NCBI GenBank assembly: GCA_902805655.1
Contig: CADCTF010000053.1
Span: forward strand, 5,664 to 69,663
Direction of reading: 5' to 3'
DNA from: an uncultured Acidimicrobiales bacterium
GTDB lineage: Bacteria > Actinomycetota > Acidimicrobiia > Acidimicrobiales > CADCTF01
DNA length: 64,000 bases
Shown: positions 1 through 9,745 of the stretch, one piece after another
Layout of the letters: every line of letters begins with the position of its first letter
How positions within the stretch are numbered: the stretch's first letter is position 1
Translations under genes and position numbers: made by a program
Notes under the pieces: model-generated
Databases searched by the model: none
What the model saw: the letters and a program-made list of their open reading frames with translations, nothing else
Told to the model about the DNA's origin: nothing

Positions 1-356
1 TGACCAAGGGCGGTGTGCACTACAGCTTCGAGGCCATCGGGCTGAAGGTCGCCGCCGAGCAGGCGTTCGCCATGCTGCGCCGGGGCGGAACCGCCACGGT
101 GATCGGCATGATCCCCATCGGCCAGAACATCGAGCTGCCGGGCTTCGCCTTCCTCGGAGAGAAGAAGATCCAGGGCTCGAACATGGGCTCCAACCGCTTC
201 CGCGTCGACATGCCGCGCTACGTCGACCTCTACATGCAGGGACGCCTCAAGCTCGACGAGCTGGTCTCCGCTCGCATCCCGCTCGACAAGGTCAACGACG
301 GCTTCGCCACCATGAAGACGGGCGAAGTCGCCCGCTCGGTCATCGTCTTCGACTGA
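1..356 (+). CDS. Zn-dependent medium-chain alcohol dehydrogenase, C-terminal fragment (N-terminus outside window)
   Basis: Frame is open from the window edge to TGA 354-356. The tail ...GGTATVIGMIPIGQNIELP...IPLDKVNDGFATMKTGEVARSVIVFD is typical of the MDR dehydrogenase C-terminus. Confidence 0.7.
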   Translation, partial: TKGGVHYSFEAIGLKVAAEQAFAMLRRGGTATVIGMIPIGQNIELPGFAFLGEKKIQGSNMGSNRFRVDMPRYVDLYMQGRLKLDELVSARIPLDKVNDGFATMKTGEVARSVIVFD

Positions 357-373
357 TCGCGGCGGCTCGGCGG

Positions 374-393
374 GGCCGGTCCACGGACCGGCC
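374..393. terminator. Hairpin between convergent adh and ispG stops (GGCCGGT-N6-ACCGGCC)
   Basis: Perfect 7-bp inverted repeat read directly. It lies in the 39-nt gap between two convergent stop codons. No U-tract. Confidence 0.4.
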
Positions 394-395
394 GG

Positions 396-1619
396 TCAGG
401 TCTTCTTGCGGATGAGGTCGATCCGGGTGCCGGCGTCGTTGGCGTCGGCACCCTGTGACCCCAGCAGCGCAGCCCGGTCCTCGTCGGCCGCCTTCTGCGC
501 TCCCTTGGTGTCGGCGGCAGCCACGACAGCATCGATGCCGTCTTCCATGATCCGCTCGGCGTAGCGCACGAGGGTCTCGACCATCTCGTCCTCGGGCACC
601 ACGGCGACGTTGCGGCCCTTGATGAACAGGTGGCCCTTCTTCCGGCCGGCGGCGATGCCGATGTCCGCGTCACGCGCCTCGCCGGGCCCGTTCACGACGC
701 ACCCCATCACGGCGATCTGCAGCGGGATCTCCCGGTCACCGAAGGCCTCCATGGCCCGTTTGGCCACATCGATCACGTCGACCTCGGCCCGGCCGCACGA
801 GGGGCAGGCGATGAGGTCGACCGTCTTGCGCTCGCGCAGACCCAACGCCTCGAGCAGCTGGCGGCCGGCGCGAGCCTCCTCGACGGGGTCGGCGGTGAGC
901 GAGTATCGGATCGTGTCGCCGATGCCCTCGGCGAGGAGGGTGGCCATGCCGGCGGTCGCCTTGATGAGGCCGGCCGGCGGCGGGCCGGCCTCGGTGACGC
1001 CCAGGTGCAAGGGGTAGTCGACCGCGTCGGCCAGCTGGCGGTACGCCTCGATCATGAGCGGCACGCTCGACGCCTTCACCGAGATCTTGACGTCGTCGAA
1101 GCCGACCTCCTCGAAGTAGGCGAGCTCGATGCGGGCCGACTCCACCATGGCTTCGGGCGTCACCTTGCCGCCGTACTTCTCGTAGAGCTTCGAATCGAGG
1201 GAGCCGCCGTTGACGCCGATGCGGATCGGCACGCCCCGGTCCTTGCACTCGCTGGCCACCGCTTTGATGTGCTCGGGGTTCCGGATGTTGCCCGGGTTGA
1301 GCCGCAGGCAGTGCCCGCCGGCCTCCAGGGCGGCGAGGGCCATCTTGTACTGATGGTGGATGTCGGCGACGATCGGCACGGGTGAGCGGGGCACGATCTG
1401 CGCCAGCCCCTCGGCGGCCTCGATCTCGTTGCAGGTGCACCGCACGATGTCCGCCCCGGCCGCGGCGAGGGCGTAGATCTGCTGCAGGGTGCCCTCGACG
1501 TCGGCGGTCTTGGTGATCGTCATCGACTGCACGGTGATGGGTGCGTCGCCGCCCACAGGGACCTTGCCGACCATGATCTGGCGCGTGCGGCGCCGGGGTG
1601 CGGCGGAGGTGACGTCCAC
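396..1619 (-). CDS. ispG: 4-hydroxy-3-methylbut-2-enyl diphosphate synthase (IspG/GcpE)
   Basis: 407 aa with ITVQSMT, CPSCGR and GCVVNGPGE motifs. The GTG start shares 1 nt with the rseP stop. Sits in the conserved dxr-rseP-ispG cluster. Confidence 0.95.
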   Translation of the reverse strand: MDVTSAAPRRRTRQIMVGKVPVGGDAPITVQSMTITKTADVEGTLQQIYALAAAGADIVRCTCNEIEAAEGLAQIVPRSPVPIVADIHHQYKMALAALEAGGHCLRLNPGNIRNPEHIKAVASECKDRGVPIRIGVNGGSLDSKLYEKYGGKVTPEAMVESARIELAYFEEVGFDDVKISVKASSVPLMIEAYRQLADAVDYPLHLGVTEAGPPPAGLIKATAGMATLLAEGIGDTIRYSLTADPVEEARAGRQLLEALGLRERKTVDLIACPSCGRAEVDVIDVAKRAMEAFGDREIPLQIAVMGCVVNGPGEARDADIGIAAGRKKGHLFIKGRNVAVVPEDEMVETLVRYAERIMEDGIDAVVAAADTKGAQKAADEDRAALLGSQGADANDAGTRIDLIRKKT

Positions 1620-2968
1620 TACTGGAAGGGGTTCGAGAGTGGGCGGACGAGGTCGATGTAGAGGGAGCTGACGGCCAGGAAGGCCAGCACCAGGAAGACC
1701 GGGTACGTGATGGGCATGAGCTTGGCCACGTCGAGGAAGTGACGTCGGCCGGTGACCTTGGAGCGAATCGCCTCGTACACCGCGATCATCACGTGGCCAC
1801 CGTCGAAGGGGAGCAGTGGAACGAGGTTGAACACCCCGACGAACAGGTTGATCATGATGAGGAGGTTGAGGACCTCGAACAGGCCGGCATCAGCCGCCTG
1901 CCCGGCGACCCGCACGAAGCCCACGGGCGACATGAACCGAGTCTCCCCGCCCTCCGGATCGGCGGCCTGACCGGCCACTCCGTTCCCGCTGATGACGCCC
2001 CAGTACTCCTTGATGCCGGTGGGGCTGAAGACATGTGCGAGGGACTGCCCCACCAGGGCCAGCCCGGATGCCTCGGCCCGGGCTGAGCGACCGAGGGCTG
2101 CGAGGGGGTTGACGCGCACCATCTCCGTAGCCGGCCCGATGCCCACGAAGCCGGTGGGCTCGGACGCCGTCGGGCGGTCGTCCACCGGCGCGCCGACCTT
2201 GCTCAGGTCGAGCGGCGTGGCGGTGAGGTCGACCTGGCGGCCGTCGCGCTCGACCACGAACCGGAGCTGCTGCTCCGGTCGGGACCGGATGTACGGAGGC
2301 AGGTCTTCCCACTTCGAGAACGTCCGCCCGTCGACGGAGACGACACGGTCGCCGACGCGGAAGCCCGCCTCCTCGGCCGGGCTGGCTCCGGTGGCCAGCT
2401 TGGAGATCTCCCCGATGCGCAGGCTGGCCTCGGGCAACCCCGTGACCGCGAACAGCACGAAGAAGAGCACGAAGGCGATGATGAAGTGGGTGGTCGAGCC
2501 GGCCACGGCCACGGCGAATCGGCGGGGGAACGACTGCTGACGGTAGGTGCGGGGCTCGTCGGCCGGATCCTCGATCTTGTCGAGGTTGTGCATCCCGATG
2601 ATCTTGACGTAGCCGCCGAGGGGCAGCGCCTTGATGCCGTACTCGGTCTCGCCCTTGCGTACGGACCAGAGCCGCGGGCCGAACCCGACGAAGAACTCGG
2701 TCGCCTTCATGCCTCCGCGCTTGGCCATGATGAAGTGGCCGGCTTCGTGGAGGACGATCGACAGCAGCAGGCCCACGACCACCAGCACGACCTTGGTGGT
2801 GCCTGTGAAGATGGTGATGGCGGCCAGGCCGGCCAGCACGGCGACCAGGCGGAGCAGGGCCGAACGCTGCTCGGCGGGGCGCGGACCGTCGAGGTCGGAC
2901 CCTCCGTCCATTCGGCGGGCGCCAGGGGCGCCGGCGTCGGGCGATGTGCTCTCGCGAGTGTCGGTCAT
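1619..2968 (-). CDS. rseP: M50 site-2 (RIP) zinc metalloprotease, RseP/Rip1 family
   Basis: 449 aa with HEAGHF (HExxH) in a TM helix, a central PDZ-like segment and a C-terminal LPFDGGH motif. ATGA overlap with the dxr stop. Confidence 0.9.
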   Translation of the reverse strand: MTDTRESTSPDAGAPGARRMDGGSDLDGPRPAEQRSALLRLVAVLAGLAAITIFTGTTKVVLVVVGLLLSIVLHEAGHFIMAKRGGMKATEFFVGFGPRLWSVRKGETEYGIKALPLGGYVKIIGMHNLDKIEDPADEPRTYRQQSFPRRFAVAVAGSTTHFIIAFVLFFVLFAVTGLPEASLRIGEISKLATGASPAEEAGFRVGDRVVSVDGRTFSKWEDLPPYIRSRPEQQLRFVVERDGRQVDLTATPLDLSKVGAPVDDRPTASEPTGFVGIGPATEMVRVNPLAALGRSARAEASGLALVGQSLAHVFSPTGIKEYWGVISGNGVAGQAADPEGGETRFMSPVGFVRVAGQAADAGLFEVLNLLIMINLFVGVFNLVPLLPFDGGHVMIAVYEAIRSKVTGRRHFLDVAKLMPITYPVFLVLAFLAVSSLYIDLVRPLSNPFQ

Positions 2969-4122
2969 GCGGTTGCGGCTCTCCGTTCGACGACTTGTCG
3001 TGCCAAGTCCCGGGCTCGACGGTCGGCGTCCACGACATCGGCCACCGTCTCGAGCACTCCCCCATCATGGCGGTCGAGGGTGGCCTTTATGACGTCGGCA
3101 ATGGCGGCCCACGGCATGAGCCCGTCGAGGAACGTGGCGACTGCCACCTCGTTGGCTGCGCTGAGCCAGGCGGGGGCGCTGCCTCCGGCCCTTCCCGCCT
3201 CGTAGGCCAGGGCCAAGCACGGGAAGGCCTGGAGGTCAGGCGCCTCGAAGTCGAGCTGGGCGAGTGACGTCCAGTCGATGGCGCCGAACGGTGTCGAGAG
3301 GCGGTCGGGGTAGGCGAGGGCGTACCCGATGGGCAGCCGCATGTCCGGCAGTGAGAGCTGGGCGATGGTGGCGCCGTCGGTGAACTCGACCATGGAGTGC
3401 ACGACCGACTGCGGGTGCACGACCACCTCGATGCGGTCGTAGTCGAGCCCGAAGAGCGCCTGGGCCTCGATGACCTCCAGGCCCTTGTTCATCAGGGTCG
3501 ACGAGTCGATGGTGATCTTGGGGCCCATCGACCAGGTGGGATGGGCTAGGGCATCGGCGATCGTGACGCCCGCCAGGTCGGCGGCGGAGCGACCACGGAA
3601 GGGCCCGCCGCTGGCCGTCAGCACGATGCGGGACACCCGACCGGCCGGATTGCCCCGAAGGCACTGGTGGACGGCACAGTGCTCCGAGTCGACCGGCAGG
3701 ATCTCGGCACCGGGGGTCTGGCGGACCCGCTGCACCACCGGTGCGGCGGCGATGAGCGACTCCTTGTTGGCCAGAGCCAGACGTCGCCCGCCACCGAGAG
3801 CCGCCATGGTGACCGGCAGGCCGGCGAACCCGACGACGGCGTTCAGGACCACCTCGGCGTCGGCGGCGACGCTCTCGATCGCGCCGTCCCCAGCGCGCAG
3901 CTCGATGCCGGCGGGAAGCAGCTCTTTCAGCTCGGGAGCCCGCTCGTCGTCGCCGAGCGCCACGACCAACGGACGGAGCTCTGCGGCCTGCGCCGCGAGC
4001 ACCTCGATCGAGCGGTTCGCGGCGAGGGCGACCACCTCGTACCGCTCGCGCTCGGCCCGGATCACCTCCACGGCCTGCGTCCCCACCGAGCCGGTCGAGC
4101 CGAGGAGGGCAACCGTGGTCAT
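2965..4122 (-). CDS. dxr: 1-deoxy-D-xylulose 5-phosphate reductoisomerase
   Basis: 385 aa with N-terminal LGSTGSVGTQA NADPH motif, LANKESL, DSEH and the HPTWSMG signature. Confidence 0.95.
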   Translation of the reverse strand: MTTVALLGSTGSVGTQAVEVIRAERERYEVVALAANRSIEVLAAQAAELRPLVVALGDDERAPELKELLPAGIELRAGDGAIESVAADAEVVLNAVVGFAGLPVTMAALGGGRRLALANKESLIAAAPVVQRVRQTPGAEILPVDSEHCAVHQCLRGNPAGRVSRIVLTASGGPFRGRSAADLAGVTIADALAHPTWSMGPKITIDSSTLMNKGLEVIEAQALFGLDYDRIEVVVHPQSVVHSMVEFTDGATIAQLSLPDMRLPIGYALAYPDRLSTPFGAIDWTSLAQLDFEAPDLQAFPCLALAYEAGRAGGSAPAWLSAANEVAVATFLDGLMPWAAIADVIKATLDRHDGGVLETVADVVDADRRARDLARQVVERRAATA

Positions 4123-4126
4123 CGGG

Positions 4127-5434
4127 TCACGTCCCCGGCAGCGTGGCCAGGTCGAGCAGCTCCACCAGGTAGTAGACGGCGGGAAGCACGAACAGCAGCC
4201 CGTCGAAGCGGTCGAGGGCGCCGCCGTGCCCGGGGAACAGGGTGCTCGTGTCCTTGATGCCGATGTCCCGCTTGATCATCGACTGACAGAGGTCGCCGGC
4301 GGGACCGAGAACCGACACCACCAGGCCCAGGATGAGGCCGCTGCCCAGCGTCCACGGATCGAGCTGCCAGCCGACGAGGAGGCCCACGACCAGGCTCAGG
4401 GCGAGACCGCCGATGAAGCCTTCGATCGTCTTGTTGGGGCTCACCTCGGGTGCAAGCGGAGTGCTGCCGATGGCGCGGCCCACGAAGAGCGCGCCGATGT
4501 CGTTCGCAACAGCCACCAGCACCGCGCCCAGGAGGAAGGCGATGCCCTCGTCGTCGGGATAGCGGAGGAGCAGGGAGGCGAAGCTGCCGAGGAAGCCGAC
4601 CCAGAGGAGCGCCAGCAGCGTCGCACCGATGTTCTGGGCCGGGCGCGCTCGCACCACGCCGAAGAGGTACCAGAGCATGCTGCACATCACCGCGAGGGCG
4701 AGGATGAGCAGCACTGCCCGCTCTCCCCGCAGGTAGGCACCGGCCATGAGCGCCACGGTGGCCACCAGACCCAGCAGGGTGGCCGGCCGGAACCCGGCGC
4801 GACGCAGCACGGCGAAGGCCTCGGCCACGCACAGCGTCACCACGATGGTCACCAGCGCAGCCGACCACCCAGGGCCGAGGCGGAAGCACATCAGCGCGAC
4901 GGCCGCGGCCACGACACCCGTGCCGATGGCGACGGGGAGGTTCCGATCGGTTGCGCCGTTGCCCTGGGGCTCGGAGTTCTCGGACTCCGACGACCGGCCC
5001 CGGATGCGCCTGGTCTGCGTGCGGGTGGTGGGGGCCGTCGTCTCTGCATTGTCGGGCTCGTCGAAGGAGAACAGGTCCGAGCGGTCACCCCGGCTCATGT
5101 CGAGCGCTCCGGTGGGTGCCTGGTCATCGGTGCCGAGGAGCTCGGCGTCGAAGTCCGGCTTGTCCCAGTCGGCGCGCTGATCACCTCGCCACACCGGGGC
5201 GCGGGCACCCTGGCTGGCCGAGTGCGACCCGACGCCGGTAGCAGCCTTGCCCTCGTCCCCTTCACCGTCGGGGAGGATCTTCGGCACCTCGCCCGTGGGC
5301 GGCTCGGTCCAGTGCGGCATGTCCGGCGGGCCGGTCGGCCTCCCGGCCTCCTGGGCGCCGACGATGCGTACACCGTCGCCCGTGGCTCGGGGCGGCGCGG
5401 ACTGCTCGTCTTCTAGGTCACGTTCATCTGCCAT
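4127..5434 (-). CDS. cdsA: Phosphatidate cytidylyltransferase with a long low-complexity N-terminal extension
   Basis: The C-terminal ~270 aa is multi-TM with the signature SMIKRDIGIKDTSTLFPGHGGALDRFD. The first ~165 aa are acidic, Pro/Gly-rich and non-membrane. Confidence 0.85.
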   Translation of the reverse strand: MADERDLEDEQSAPPRATGDGVRIVGAQEAGRPTGPPDMPHWTEPPTGEVPKILPDGEGDEGKAATGVGSHSASQGARAPVWRGDQRADWDKPDFDAELLGTDDQAPTGALDMSRGDRSDLFSFDEPDNAETTAPTTRTQTRRIRGRSSESENSEPQGNGATDRNLPVAIGTGVVAAAVALMCFRLGPGWSAALVTIVVTLCVAEAFAVLRRAGFRPATLLGLVATVALMAGAYLRGERAVLLILALAVMCSMLWYLFGVVRARPAQNIGATLLALLWVGFLGSFASLLLRYPDDEGIAFLLGAVLVAVANDIGALFVGRAIGSTPLAPEVSPNKTIEGFIGGLALSLVVGLLVGWQLDPWTLGSGLILGLVVSVLGPAGDLCQSMIKRDIGIKDTSTLFPGHGGALDRFDGLLFVLPAVYYLVELLDLATLPGT

Positions 5435-5470
5435 GCGGCTGCTTCCTCCTCGGGGACGCCGGTGCGGCAG

Positions 5471-6046
5471 TCACACCTCCAGGAGCTCTTGCTCCTTGTG
5501 CTGCAGAACGCGGTCGATCTCGGCGACGTGCTCGGCGGTGATCCCGTCGAGCTCCTTCTCGGCCCGGTCGAGCTCGTCGGACGAGATGTCACCGTCCTTC
5601 TCCAGCGCTTCGAGGTCGTGACGCGCGGCCCGGCGCAGGTTGCGCACGCCGACCTTGGCCTCCTCGGCCTGCCGCTTCACCACCTTCACGAAGTCCTTCC
5701 GGCGCTCCTCCGTCAGAGGCGGGAAGCTGAGACGGATGACGTTGCCGTCGTTCGACGGGTTGACGCCGAGGTCGGAGTGCTGGATCGCCTTCTCGATGGC
5801 CTTCAGCGACGTCTTGTCGTACGGCGTCACGACCAGCAGGCGAGCCTCGGGCACCTGGAAGCCGGCGATCTGCTGCAACGGCACCTCGCTGCCGTAGTAG
5901 TCGACCTTCAGCTTGTCGATCAGCGCAGGGCTCGCCCGACCGGTGCGCACCGCGGAGAACTCGTTCTGCAGGTGCGTGATCGCCTTGGCCATCTTCTCCC
6001 GGGAGTCGCTGAACACGGCCCCGATGAGCGAGTCGTCGTCCATCAC
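5471..6046 (-). CDS. frr: Ribosome recycling factor
   Basis: 191 aa with typical RRF sequence ([26 protein letters not shown]...). GTGA overlap with the pyrH stop. Confidence 0.95.
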   Translation of the reverse strand: MMDDDSLIGAVFSDSREKMAKAITHLQNEFSAVRTGRASPALIDKLKVDYYGSEVPLQQIAGFQVPEARLLVVTPYDKTSLKAIEKAIQHSDLGVNPSNDGNVIRLSFPPLTEERRKDFVKVVKRQAEEAKVGVRNLRRAARHDLEALEKDGDISSDELDRAEKELDGITAEHVAEIDRVLQHKEQELLEV

Positions 6047-6771
6047 CGGATCAGCGTACCGATCGACTCACCCTCGAGGGCACGACGCAGGTTGCCGTGG
6101 GCGCTGATGTCGAAGACCAGGATCGGCAGGTCGTTCTCCTTGCAGAGCGTGAAGGCGGTGAGGTCCATCACCCGTAGCTCCTGGGCCAGGCAGTCGTCGT
6201 AGCTGACCTCGGCGAGCTTCACGGCCGACGGGTTGGTGCGGGGGTCGGCGGAGTAGACGCCGTCGACCCCGCCGTGGGTTCCCTTCAACAGCGCACCCGC
6301 CTCGATCTCCACCGCCCGCAGGGCGGCCGCCGTGTCGGTGGTGAAGAAGGGGTTGCCCGTGCCGGCGGCGAAGATCACCACGCGGCCCTTCTCCAGGTGA
6401 CGAATGGCGCGGCGCCGGATGAACGGCTCAGCGACCTCCGCCATGGTGATGGCCGTCTGCACGCGAGTGGCCTGCCCGGCCCGCTCGAGCGAATCCTGCA
6501 GGGCCAGTGCGTTGACCACGGTGGCGAGCATGCCCATGTGGTCGGCGGTCGCCCGGTCCATCCCGACCTTGGCGCCCGAAGTGCCGCGCCAGATGTTGCC
6601 CCCGCCGACCATCACCGCGATCTCGACGCCGAGCGCGCTCTGGCACTCGGCGATCTCCTTGGCGATGCGGTCGACGACCGCGCCGTCGATGGTCTCGTCG
6701 ACCTGGTCGCTGGCGAACGCCTCGCCCGACAGCTTGAGGACGACGCGGGCCCATCTGGGCTTGATGGGCAT
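6043..6771 (-). CDS. pyrH: UMP kinase
   Basis: 242 aa with [20 protein letters not shown] and [20 protein letters not shown] motifs. Confidence 0.95.
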   Translation of the reverse strand: MPIKPRWARVVLKLSGEAFASDQVDETIDGAVVDRIAKEIAECQSALGVEIAVMVGGGNIWRGTSGAKVGMDRATADHMGMLATVVNALALQDSLERAGQATRVQTAITMAEVAEPFIRRRAIRHLEKGRVVIFAAGTGNPFFTTDTAAALRAVEIEAGALLKGTHGGVDGVYSADPRTNPSAVKLAEVSYDDCLAQELRVMDLTAFTLCKENDLPILVFDISAHGNLRRALEGESIGTLIR

Positions 6772-7574
6772 CAGCCGCCGATGACGACCTGGGCGAAGCG
6801 GGTGACGGAGGCCTTGCCGAGCACCTGCTTCACCGACTGCTTGTCGTCCTTGGCGTAGGGCTGCTCGAGGAGCGACCCGCCCGGCTGGCGCTTGAACCAG
6901 CCTCCGAGCTTGCCCTCGACGATCTTGGGCCAGGCCGCTTCGGGCTTGCCCTCGTTCGCCGTCTCCTTGAGAAGCGACTCGCGCTCGTCCTCGACGAGCT
7001 CGGGTGCGACGTCCTCACGGCGGAGCGTGCCCGGCTTGGCGAACGCGATGTGCACGGCGATGTCGTGCGCCAGCGCCTCGTCACCGCCCTGCAGCTCGAC
7101 CAGGACGCCGTTCACGCCTCGGCCGTTCTGCACGTGGTTGTACGTGTCGAGCACAGCGCCCTCGGCCGCCTCGAAGCGAACGACCTGCCCCAGGGCGATG
7201 TTCTCCTTGAGCGTGAGCTTGAGGTCGTCGATGCTCGACTGCCGGTCGGCCAGGGCCGCTTCACCGCTCTTGGCCACCAGCTCGGCCAGCTCGTTGGCCA
7301 TCTGCACGAACTGGGGCGACTTGGCCACGAAGTCGGTCTCGCACCGGAGCTCGACCATGGCCGCCGCGTTCGCGTCGCGGGCAACCGCGACCGCGCCCTC
7401 GCTGTTCTCCCGGCCGGAGCGCTCGGCGGCTTTGCCCAGGCCACGCTCGCGGAGCCACTTGCCGGCCGCCTCGAAGTCACCGTCGTTCTCGACGAGCGCC
7501 TTCTTGGCGTCCATCATCCCGGCGCCGGTGTGGTCACGGAGCCGCTTGACGTCCTGTGCGGTGAAGTCAGCCAT
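6771..7574 (-). CDS. tsf: Elongation factor Ts
   Basis: 267 aa with an N-terminal UBA-like [19 protein letters not shown]. Conserved rpsB-tsf pairing. Confidence 0.95.
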   Translation of the reverse strand: MADFTAQDVKRLRDHTGAGMMDAKKALVENDGDFEAAGKWLRERGLGKAAERSGRENSEGAVAVARDANAAAMVELRCETDFVAKSPQFVQMANELAELVAKSGEAALADRQSSIDDLKLTLKENIALGQVVRFEAAEGAVLDTYNHVQNGRGVNGVLVELQGGDEALAHDIAVHIAFAKPGTLRREDVAPELVEDERESLLKETANEGKPEAAWPKIVEGKLGGWFKRQPGGSLLEQPYAKDDKQSVKQVLGKASVTRFAQVVIGG

Positions 7575-8565
7575 CGCTGTTGTCCTCCTGGGGGGTGTCG
7601 GCGGAGCTCACGGCTGCCGCAGCTTGCTGTGCGGCCGGACTCGTGCCCAGGCCGGGCTCTCCTGCGTTCGGCTCCGCAGCACCGGCCGGAGCGTTGTCCT
7701 CGGCGGTGCCCAGATCGGTCTCGAGCTGCGAGGCAGCCAGGCGGGCCTCCCGCTCACGCTGGGCCAGCGCAGCCTGACGGCGGGCCTCGTTCTGCTGCTC
7801 GGCGCGGGCGGCCTCCTCCTCGGGAGTGAGGGGCGCAGGTGCAGCCGCGGCGGCTCCCTCGGCCTTGCCGAACCGGCGGGAAGCGATGAGCTGGCCCTCG
7901 GTGACGGCGTCGGCGATGACCCGGCACATCAGGCTGCCCGAGCGAATGGCGTCGTCGTTGCCCGGGATCACGTAGTCGATGACGTCGGGGTCGCAGTTCG
8001 TGTCGACCACGGCGACCACCGGGATGCCGAGCTTGTTGGCCTCGGTGACGGCCAGGTGCTCCTTCTTGGTGTCGATGATGAACACCGCATCCGGCAGGCG
8101 GCCCATGGTGCGGATGCCGCCGAGGTTCCGCTGCAGCTTCTCGAGCTCGCGAGTGAGCATCAGGGCTTCCTTCTTGGGCATCGCCTCGAAGTCTCCGGCC
8201 GCCCGCATGCGCTCGAGCTCCTGCAGCTTCTTGACGCGGCCGCTGATGGTGGAGAAGTTGGTGAGCATGCCGCCCAGCCAGCGCTCGTTGATGTACGGCA
8301 TGCCGACCTCGTTGGCGTAGCGCGCGATGGGGTCCTGGCTCTGCTTCTTGGTGCCGATGAAGAGGATGGTGCCCCGATCGGCCACCAGGTCGCGGGTGAA
8401 GACGTAGGCGCGCTCGATGCCACCAAGGGTCTGGTGGAGGTCGATGATGTAGATGCCGTTGCGCTCTCCGAAGATGAACCGCTTCATCTTCGGGTTCCAA
8501 CGGCGGGTCTGGTGCCCGAAGTGGACACCTGCTTCGAGTAGCTGCTTCAAGCTGACTACGGCCAC
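7567..8565 (-). CDS. rpsB: 30S ribosomal protein S2 with ~95-aa Ala/Glu/Gln-rich C-terminal tail
   Basis: 332 aa. N-terminus is [22 protein letters not shown] start preceded by GGGAAGGAG. Confidence 0.95.
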   Translation of the reverse strand: MAVVSLKQLLEAGVHFGHQTRRWNPKMKRFIFGERNGIYIIDLHQTLGGIERAYVFTRDLVADRGTILFIGTKKQSQDPIARYANEVGMPYINERWLGGMLTNFSTISGRVKKLQELERMRAAGDFEAMPKKEALMLTRELEKLQRNLGGIRTMGRLPDAVFIIDTKKEHLAVTEANKLGIPVVAVVDTNCDPDVIDYVIPGNDDAIRSGSLMCRVIADAVTEGQLIASRRFGKAEGAAAAAPAPLTPEEEAARAEQQNEARRQAALAQREREARLAASQLETDLGTAEDNAPAGAAEPNAGEPGLGTSPAAQQAAAAVSSADTPQEDNSDG

Positions 8566-8714
8566 GGTGGCTCCTTCCCAACGGTTGTCGTGACCCGTGC
8601 GCTGCGCCTCGAGAGAGGCGACCGTGGGTGCGCACGGGCGTGGATGTGCCGCGGCGGGATGCCGCGGACGTGCACGACTCTACCGGTCGGGAGCACCTGC
8701 GTCCGAGCCGGGCC
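8566..8714 (-). promoter_or_regulatory. Structured 5' leader/promoter region of rpsB-tsf
   Basis: Nested hairpin: 9-bp arms at 8594-8602/8630-8638 enclose a 6-bp stem at 8605-8610/8615-8620 with a GAGA loop. A second 7-bp hairpin lies at 8649-8655/8661-8667. Confidence 0.35.
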
Positions 8715-9395
8715 TCAGCCGGCGAGGACGCCGGCCACCACGCCTGCGGTGAGGGCCCGTTCGAGCTGCACCGTCGGGGTCGGTGGAGCCTCGAGCGGCC
8801 TCAGGTTCGCGTGGACGGACACCGGCCCGAGCTCGCGAGCGAGGTCGACCACGGCGGCGCGCTCGGCCGCCGCCGGAGCCGGAGCCGGAGCCGGGGGACG
8901 CAACCTGCGCTCCGGCACGAGATAAGCAGCTCCGTCGAGCAGGCGCATGGGGTCGAGATAGGTGTCGCCGGACCGAACTCCGAAGTGCAGAAGCTCCCCG
9001 CTCGTGCCGACCACCGTGCCTGCCGCCACCACATCGCCTCTGCGCACCTGCACCGAGGCGAGGAAGGAGTAGCTGGTCCGAAGGCCGTCGGCATGGAGCA
9101 CGACGACGTGGCGGTCGAGCGCCACGGCACCTGCGAACACCACCTCGCCCCCCGCAGACACGGTCACCGCGGCGCCGGGGTCGGTGTCGTAGTCGATGCC
9201 CCGGTTCCCGGCCCCGTACCGATCGGCGGGTGGACGGAAGCGGTCGGTGATGGGCGCTCTCACCGGCGGACGGTAGGACACGCCGGGTCGCGGTCTCTCG
9301 GCCGCCGCCGCGTCGGCGGGGGGCAGAGCGACCGCGGACCACCCGAGCAGGACCACGGTCGCGCAGCCGGCGCTGAGCACGAATCGAGCACGCAT
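8715..9395 (-). CDS. Secreted M23 (LytM-type) peptidase
   Basis: GNRGIDYD...VVFAG...HLHFGVRSGDTYLDP motifs. Start set at ATG 9395 (SD GGAGGGA, followed by a signal-peptide-like MRARFVLSAGCATVVLLGWSAVA); the ORF extends to 9464. Confidence 0.8.
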   Translation of the reverse strand: MRARFVLSAGCATVVLLGWSAVALPPADAAAAERPRPGVSYRPPVRAPITDRFRPPADRYGAGNRGIDYDTDPGAAVTVSAGGEVVFAGAVALDRHVVVLHADGLRTSYSFLASVQVRRGDVVAAGTVVGTSGELLHFGVRSGDTYLDPMRLLDGAAYLVPERRLRPPAPAPAPAAAERAAVVDLARELGPVSVHANLRPLEAPPTPTVQLERALTAGVVAGVLAG

Positions 9396-9500
9396 CGTTC
9401 CCTCCATGCATCGTGGGCACGCGGGGGAAGCGAGCGACGGCAGGCTAGCGAGGGCCTGCGTCAAGCGGAAGGCCCCTAAGGGCGCCGGTGCAGGAGGTTC

Positions 9501-9704
9501 CTACTCTGTGCCCGGCGTGGCGAACCCGCCGGTGGCGAAGCTGGCCGGCGACGCCGAGTCGGGTTCGCCGTCCACCGCCTCGGCGGGCACGGCGGCATCC
9601 TCGCTCAGGTGGCTGGTGGAGTCGTCACCTGGGTCTCCGGCGGCGTCCTTGGCGAGGTGCTCGCGGGTGTCCCGTCCTGGTGCCTCGTGTGCAGTCACGC
9701 CCAC
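9501..9704 (-). CDS. Small acidic hypothetical protein (67 aa)
   Basis: ORF with high GC3 fills the whiG-to-M23 gap. No recognisable motif and no clear SD. Confidence 0.3.
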   Translation of the reverse strand: MGVTAHEAPGRDTREHLAKDAAGDPGDDSTSHLSEDAAVPAEAVDGEPDSASPASFATGGFATPGTE

Positions 9705-9745
9705 GTACTACCCGCAGTCACGACCGTCCCATCCCAGCCCTGGCT

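Noticed and set aside
3470-5416. Very long ORFs antisense to real genes. Examples: 3470-5416, 6892-8541, 13914-15416, 15678-17114, 27342-28688, 32421-33998, 34094-35404, 36296-38956, 45397-46578, 50578-52368 and 52666-54345.
   Set aside because: They are Arg/Gly/Pro/Ala-rich with no recognisable motifs, and each lies opposite a gene with strong family signatures. Stop-poor antisense frames are expected at about 70% GC.
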